Shown: positions 51,705 through 56,146 of the stretch, in pieces | Numbering within the stretch: the first letter of the stretch is position 1 | How the letters are laid out: each line of letters opens with the position of its first letter | Source: a virus | Length of the DNA stretch: 56,146 bases | Reading direction: 5' to 3' (one strand) | Virus record (IMG/VR): IMGVR_UViG_3300029848_000009 | Notes under the pieces: model-generated | Database searches by the model: none | The model's input: the letters and a program-made list of their open reading frames with translations, nothing else | Told to the model about the DNA's origin: nothing | Translations under genes and position numbers: made by a program

Positions 51705-51896
51705 ATGAAAAAAGTAACTATATATTGCCCGGATTGCGGAAGAATTGCCGGACATTATGATGGGAGATCTACGATAGATCATCCGTGTAAATGTAAAAAA
51801 TGCAATCATATTGTGATTTATCGCGTGGCAACAGGCAAAATTGAAACAAAGCCAATACCAAAACGCGCTTGCAGTAGTGGAGTTTTATTTATATGA
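51705..51896 (+). CDS. Com-like zinc-finger protein
   Basis: ATG 51705 after AAGAGGTTGCT. IYCPDCGRIAG...HPCKCKKCNHIVIY. Confidence 0.45.
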   Translation: MKKVTIYCPDCGRIAGHYDGRSTIDHPCKCKKCNHIVIYRVATGKIETKPIPKRACSSGVLFI

Positions 51897-53356
51897 AGAA
51901 CACACAGTATTTTCATGACCTTGTAAAAGGCAGATACGGAAGGAAAATTGCATATGCTAACGTAGAACAGATTACGGCAGACAATATCGTAAACGTTATC
52001 GGAAACTGCATTGGTGCATTTTATTTCAACAAGACAGTCATTCGGTATCTGTGGAACTACTATAAGGGCGATCAGCCTGTATTGTATCGAACAAAGGTAC
52101 AGAATGCGGATATAACCAATAAGGTATCTGAAAACCATGCCTATGAGATTGTTCAATTCAAGGTTGGTCAGACTTACGGTGAGCCAATTCAGCTTATCAG
52201 TAGGAAAGACGATGACCGTATAAACAATGCGGTTGATGAATTTAACGATTATCTGACCGATGCTAATAAGCAGGAAAAGGACATTAAGGCAGGAGAATGG
52301 CAATCAGCAACCGGAACGTCATTTAAGGCGGTGCAGATTACAAGAAATGGAGATATACCATTTAGAATTGTTGCACCAACACCAATGAATACATTTGTTA
52401 TTTATAACCAATCCACAGAAGAACCACTTTTAGCAATCCAAGAGCTTAAGGATGCCGATGGGAAGATGTATAAACTCTGTTACACGGACTCTTACGAATG
52501 CAAGATTGTAAACGGAGAGGTTCGAGATTGGAAACTGCATGGTTTTGGTGGAATCCCGATTGTTGAGTTTCCGAATAACCATGAGCGCATTTCTGATATT
52601 GAGCTTGTGATCGGACTATTGGATGCAATCAATACAATGCAGTCAAACCGAATGGATGGTGTTGAGCAGTTTGTTCAGTTTTGGATAAAGTTTGTAAATT
52701 GCGACATTGACCCGGAAACGTTTGAAAAAATGAAGAGTTCCCATGCGCTGACGGTAAAATCCAATAATGAGCAGAATAAATCAGATGTTGACATTATGAC
52801 ACAAGAGTTGAATCAGACAGAGTGCCAAGTTGCAAAGGATGATTTATGGGATAATGCACAGTCCATTCTTGCCATACCGAATAAGAACAACAATAATTCC
52901 GGTGGAGATACACAGGGAGCGGTTGAGCTAAGAAACGGATGGGACTTCTCGAAGTCGAGAGCCAAACTAAAAGACCCAATTGTAAAGTCGGCTGAAAAAA
53001 GACTTGCGAAAGTTGTTTTGAACGTGATTCGTATACAGGATCACGACTTAGGATTGAGTTTGCGCGACTTTGATGTTCAGATAAACCATAGCCCACAAGA
53101 CAATATGTATACCAAGTCGCAGACCCTATATCAGCTTTTACAAGCCGGTATTCATCCGCTTGTGGCAATTAAATCTGTCGGGCTTTGGGGAGATGCAGAA
53201 AAGACATTCCTGTTGTCAAAGCCATACTTGGACAATCTGTGGAAAACCATTGATGATGTAGAAGCACAGGAACAAAAAGCACAGGAATTGATAAATAAAA
53301 TGAATACAGATGGCACACAGAGCCAGACAAACAAAGATAAGACAGTCACCGAGTAA
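51893..53356 (+). CDS. Portal protein (SPP1 gp6-like)
   Basis: 487 aa. WNYYKGDQPVLYRTKVQNADITNKVSENHAYEIVQFKVGQTYGEPIQL matches the SPP1-type portal N-terminal pattern. Confidence 0.85.
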   Translation: MKNTQYFHDLVKGRYGRKIAYANVEQITADNIVNVIGNCIGAFYFNKTVIRYLWNYYKGDQPVLYRTKVQNADITNKVSENHAYEIVQFKVGQTYGEPIQLISRKDDDRINNAVDEFNDYLTDANKQEKDIKAGEWQSATGTSFKAVQITRNGDIPFRIVAPTPMNTFVIYNQSTEEPLLAIQELKDADGKMYKLCYTDSYECKIVNGEVRDWKLHGFGGIPIVEFPNNHERISDIELVIGLLDAINTMQSNRMDGVEQFVQFWIKFVNCDIDPETFEKMKSSHALTVKSNNEQNKSDVDIMTQELNQTECQVAKDDLWDNAQSILAIPNKNNNNSGGDTQGAVELRNGWDFSKSRAKLKDPIVKSAEKRLAKVVLNVIRIQDHDLGLSLRDFDVQINHSPQDNMYTKSQTLYQLLQAGIHPLVAIKSVGLWGDAEKTFLLSKPYLDNLWKTIDDVEAQEQKAQELINKMNTDGTQSQTNKDKTVTE

Positions 53357-53471
53357 TCGGCGGCTGTTTTTATTTTATAAAAATTCGCAAAGTTGTGAGC
53401 GTAAAAATCAACAATGTCGTTCGGTGTCGTTGCACCGTATAAAAATTCGTATGACATATCGGAGGTAATGA

Positions 53472-54032
53472 ATGAAGAGAGAAGATCTGATTGCTATGGG
53501 ATTAAGCGAGGAAAACGCGGACAAGATCATGGCAGATTACGGAAGTTCCGTACAGAGAGCCAAAGCAAAGGCTGACGAGTACAAGACAAAGGCTGACAAA
53601 GCTGAAGAGTTGCAGAAGCAGCTCGATGATATCGAACAGGGAAAGCTTACGGAAGTCGAGCAGGCAAATAAGAACCTCGAAAAAGCCAATGCAAGAATCG
53701 CGGAACTTGAAAAAGCGCAGGCAATAGCTACGCAGAGAGCCAATGCTGCATCTAAATTTAATGTTACTGCAGAGCAGGCAGCACAAATCGTAAAAGACGA
53801 TGGCAGCTTTGATTATGACGTTCTTGGAAAGATTATCTCTGAAAAAGAGACCGCTGCAGCGCAAGCCAAGGAACAGGAAATTGCTAAAGGCAGTACAAAT
53901 CCGGGCGGTGGAACGGCTGGCGGTAATAAAGCCGGTGCAGATAATAAGACAAATGCTGAAAAGATAGCAGAAAGCCTTATATCTAATGCACCTAAGAACA
54001 ATGATGTTTTATCACATTACATTCAACAATAA
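53472..54032 (+). CDS. Scaffolding protein (DUF4355-like)
   Basis: MKREDLIAMGLSEENADKIMADYG plus a long Ala/Lys/Glu coiled coil. Lies between the portal and capsid genes. Confidence 0.75.
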   Translation: MKREDLIAMGLSEENADKIMADYGSSVQRAKAKADEYKTKADKAEELQKQLDDIEQGKLTEVEQANKNLEKANARIAELEKAQAIATQRANAASKFNVTAEQAAQIVKDDGSFDYDVLGKIISEKETAAAQAKEQEIAKGSTNPGGGTAGGNKAGADNKTNAEKIAESLISNAPKNNDVLSHYIQQ

Positions 54033-54045
54033 CAGGAGGTAAGAA

Positions 54046-54399
54046 ATGGCAAAGGAAATGAATATGCAGTATGAAAAGACTTTATACGCAGGAGATGTTC
54101 AGATTTTAAAGAGAGAGCCTAATGAAGCAATCCCATTAACGCTTGATTTTGATGGTGTAACAACTAAAAACGCACAGGGCAAGAAGATTGTCAAAGCAGG
54201 TACTCCAATCGGAGCAAATGGCAAGGCTGACAATACAGCTACAGTAGTGGGCATTTTGAGATTTGATGTAACAGAGGACAGACCACAAGGAGTACTGCTC
54301 AAGAAAGCATACCTTAACACGAAAGTAGCAGAAGCAAATTCCGGCGTTACATATGACGCAGCAGTTAAAACAGCTCTTCCAATGATTGTATTTGAATAA
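54046..54399 (+). CDS. Head decoration / capsid accessory protein candidate
   Basis: 117 aa with AGGAGGTAAGAA RBS. Lies directly upstream of the major capsid gene. Confidence 0.5.
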   Translation: MAKEMNMQYEKTLYAGDVQILKREPNEAIPLTLDFDGVTTKNAQGKKIVKAGTPIGANGKADNTATVVGILRFDVTEDRPQGVLLKKAYLNTKVAEANSGVTYDAAVKTALPMIVFE

Positions 54400-54416
54400 T
54401 AACAGGAGGTAAATAG

Positions 54417-55490
54417 ATGTTAATCAATGAAGTATTAGACAGTAAGTCTATTGCATTATCGGCAACAGAAAACGCTAGTAATCAGATACCTTATCTTGGT
54501 TTACAGTGGTTTCCAGAAAGAAAGAAGCAGGGACTTGATTTAAGTTGGATTAAGACACACAAGGGTTTACCGGTTTCGCTTGCACCATCTAACTTTGACA
54601 CAATCCCAACTCTTAGAGCTAGAGGCGGATTAAGTAAGGAAAAAACGCAGATGGCATTTTTCCGTGAGGGAATGACAGTTGGTGAAGAGGAAATGCTTGA
54701 AATCGAGCGTATTCAATCAGAAGACGACCCTTACCTTGCGAGTGCTTTATCAAGCGTATATGACGATACTAACAACCTTGTAAGCGGTGCGGAAGTTGTA
54801 CCGGAGCGTATGAGAATGTCGCTTCTTTCTACAAATGCAGGTCATCCGGTAATTGCTATTGTAAGTGATGGCGTTCAGTACGCTTATGATTACGATAAGG
54901 ATGGCTCATACGCAAAAGACCATTACGCAAAGTTATCCGGCACAAGCATGTGGAGCGATACAGCTAATTCAAAGCCACTTACAGACCTTAACAATGCAAG
55001 AAAGAAGTTACAGAAGCAGGGTAAGATTGCTAGATACGCACTTATGAACAGCAATACATTCCAATATCTGCTTGACAATGCACAAATAAGAAACTCAATT
55101 CTTGCACAGAACCTTACAGCAACTATTGAGGTTGACGATGATACTGTTATTTCGGTGGTACAGAAGAGGGCGAAGCTCACTATCGTACTTTACGATAAGA
55201 TGTACATTGATGATGATGGCAAAGAGCAGTACTTCTACCCGGATAACAAGGTTACACTTCTTCCAGAAGGCAGCCTTGGAAGCACTTGGTTTGGCACTAC
55301 ACCGGAAGAAAGAACTGCAAGACAAGTAGCTGATGTTGATGTAACAACATATGGTGTAGGTATTACAGTCGCTACAAAGACAGAGTATGGACCACCTATG
55401 AAGATGTCAATATTTGCATCTGAGGTTGTACTTCCATCATACGAGAATATGGATAGCACATTCGTATATGAGGTTCATAGCGAAGAGTAG
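54417..55490 (+). CDS. Major capsid protein (lambda gpE-like family)
   Basis: 357 aa with AGGAGGTAAATAG RBS. LGLQWFPERKKQGLDLSWIK...FDTIPTLRARGG...QMAFFREG matches the Phage_cap_E pattern. Confidence 0.8.
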   Translation: MLINEVLDSKSIALSATENASNQIPYLGLQWFPERKKQGLDLSWIKTHKGLPVSLAPSNFDTIPTLRARGGLSKEKTQMAFFREGMTVGEEEMLEIERIQSEDDPYLASALSSVYDDTNNLVSGAEVVPERMRMSLLSTNAGHPVIAIVSDGVQYAYDYDKDGSYAKDHYAKLSGTSMWSDTANSKPLTDLNNARKKLQKQGKIARYALMNSNTFQYLLDNAQIRNSILAQNLTATIEVDDDTVISVVQKRAKLTIVLYDKMYIDDDGKEQYFYPDNKVTLLPEGSLGSTWFGTTPEERTARQVADVDVTTYGVGITVATKTEYGPPMKMSIFASEVVLPSYENMDSTFVYEVHSEE

Positions 55491-55501
55491 GGGGTGCAAC
55501 T

Positions 55502-55729
55502 ATGAAATATCCATATATAGTGATTCATAATGGTAAATGGTACAACGCAGGAGAAGAGGTGCCGGAGAGTAATTCTCCGGTATCTTCCGTTGGGTATACA
55601 AAGACCGAAATCAACAGAATGAGTACCGCAGACTTGCAAAAACTTGCCACAGAGCAGGGAATTGAAAACGCAAAAGCGACAAGCGGCGCGGAGCTGAAAG
55701 AAATTCTGATTGCAAAATTTAATCTGTAG
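55502..55729 (+). CDS. Small protein with Rho-N/HeH-like C-terminal motif
   Basis: MSTADLQKLATEQGIENAKATSGAELKEILIAKF. Confidence 0.5.
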   Translation: MKYPYIVIHNGKWYNAGEEVPESNSPVSSVGYTKTEINRMSTADLQKLATEQGIENAKATSGAELKEILIAKFNL

Positions 55730-55739
55730 GAGATCGCTT

Positions 55740-56120
55740 ATGTCATACACACTTGTCGAACAAGTAAAAATTCGTTTACAACAATTTCATATAGAAGAAG
55801 TAGAGGACGAAACAACCGGGGAAAAGTCCGATAAAGTTGTGTTTGATGAAAAAGAATGTAACCCTTTGATTGAACAGCTTTTAGAGCAGGCAAGAAAAGA
55901 GATTATCAGCAGACGAAACTATCCGGACACATATACGCAAGAACAGATTGACAGTGATGTTAAGAACTATGAAAACATTATGGTCAATTTGGCAGTGTAC
56001 GACCGGTCGCAGGCAGGAGAATCATACATGGCAAGTTTCTCCGAAAACGGTGTGAGCCGGACATGGAAAGACCGTGAAAGCCTTTTTATTGGAGTGTTTC
56101 CGTTTGTAAAAGCAATGTAA
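55740..56120 (+). CDS. Head-tail connector/adaptor (gp6-like)
   Basis: ATG 55740 (MSYTLVEQVKIRLQQFHIEE...), the first gene after the capsid block. The 3' end is duplicated at 1-73 by the assembly overlap. Confidence 0.6.
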   Translation: MSYTLVEQVKIRLQQFHIEEVEDETTGEKSDKVVFDEKECNPLIEQLLEQARKEIISRRNYPDTYTQEQIDSDVKNYENIMVNLAVYDRSQAGESYMASFSENGVSRTWKDRESLFIGVFPFVKAM

Positions 56121-56146
56121 TTAAAGAAGATTGAGCGTGACCATAT

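Overview
The window is a complete, circularly closed genome of a temperate, siphovirus-like tailed phage. A 99-bp terminal overlap leaves 56,047 unique bp. The host is probably a low-GC Gram-positive (Clostridia-like) bacterium: RBSs are GGAGG-type, TTG/GTG starts are frequent, and there is an XkdX gene and a GerE-like HTH gene. Almost all genes are on the + strand.

Layout:
- 0.1-15.1 kb: head-tail joining genes with an embedded holin-like pair, major tail protein, and a G/GT chaperone with a canonical T_TTT_TTA -1 frameshift site. These are followed by a Cys/His peptidoglycan hydrolase, a 1257-aa tape measure, two morons (secreted Big_2 protein, Bro-N antirepressor), Dit/Tal/fibres and XkdX.
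- 15.1-16.5 kb: CI/Cro-type switch with five TAGAA-N4-TTCTA operators.
- 16.5-34 kb: early genes. These are an antirepressor, OB-fold SSB-like protein, SMC-like ATPase, RecT/Redbeta-like annealase, PAPS-reductase-like, MBL-fold, GIY-YIG, replisome organizer, DnaB, YopX, Lar-like and C5-MTase-like genes.
- 34-35.7 kb: GerE-like HTH, tyrosine integrase and attP.
- 35.8-49.3 kb: a large accessory region. It holds an insulated 8-gene module of extreme-composition proteins, an iteron array with an RHH gene, and a repeat-flanked XRE-controlled cassette containing tRNA-like minihelices. It also holds TerS, a decayed MazG, a tRNA cluster and many small Zn-ribbon genes.
- 49.3-56 kb: TerL, DUF1492-like regulator, portal, scaffold, decoration, capsid and connector.

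Most notable for follow-up:
- the module beside attP (35779-39154)
- two acceptor/T-arm minihelices inside an operon (41887-42303)
- a GGT-TAG-GA 5-nt interruption in the MBL-fold gene whose bypass would exactly restore HxHxDH
- an (ACAG)7 repeat splitting the PAPS-reductase-like gene
- a conserved hairpin element upstream of both the tape measure and TerL genes

No CRISPR array, reverse transcriptase/DGR, rRNA or transposase was seen. All family names come from reading motifs by eye; no database search was run.
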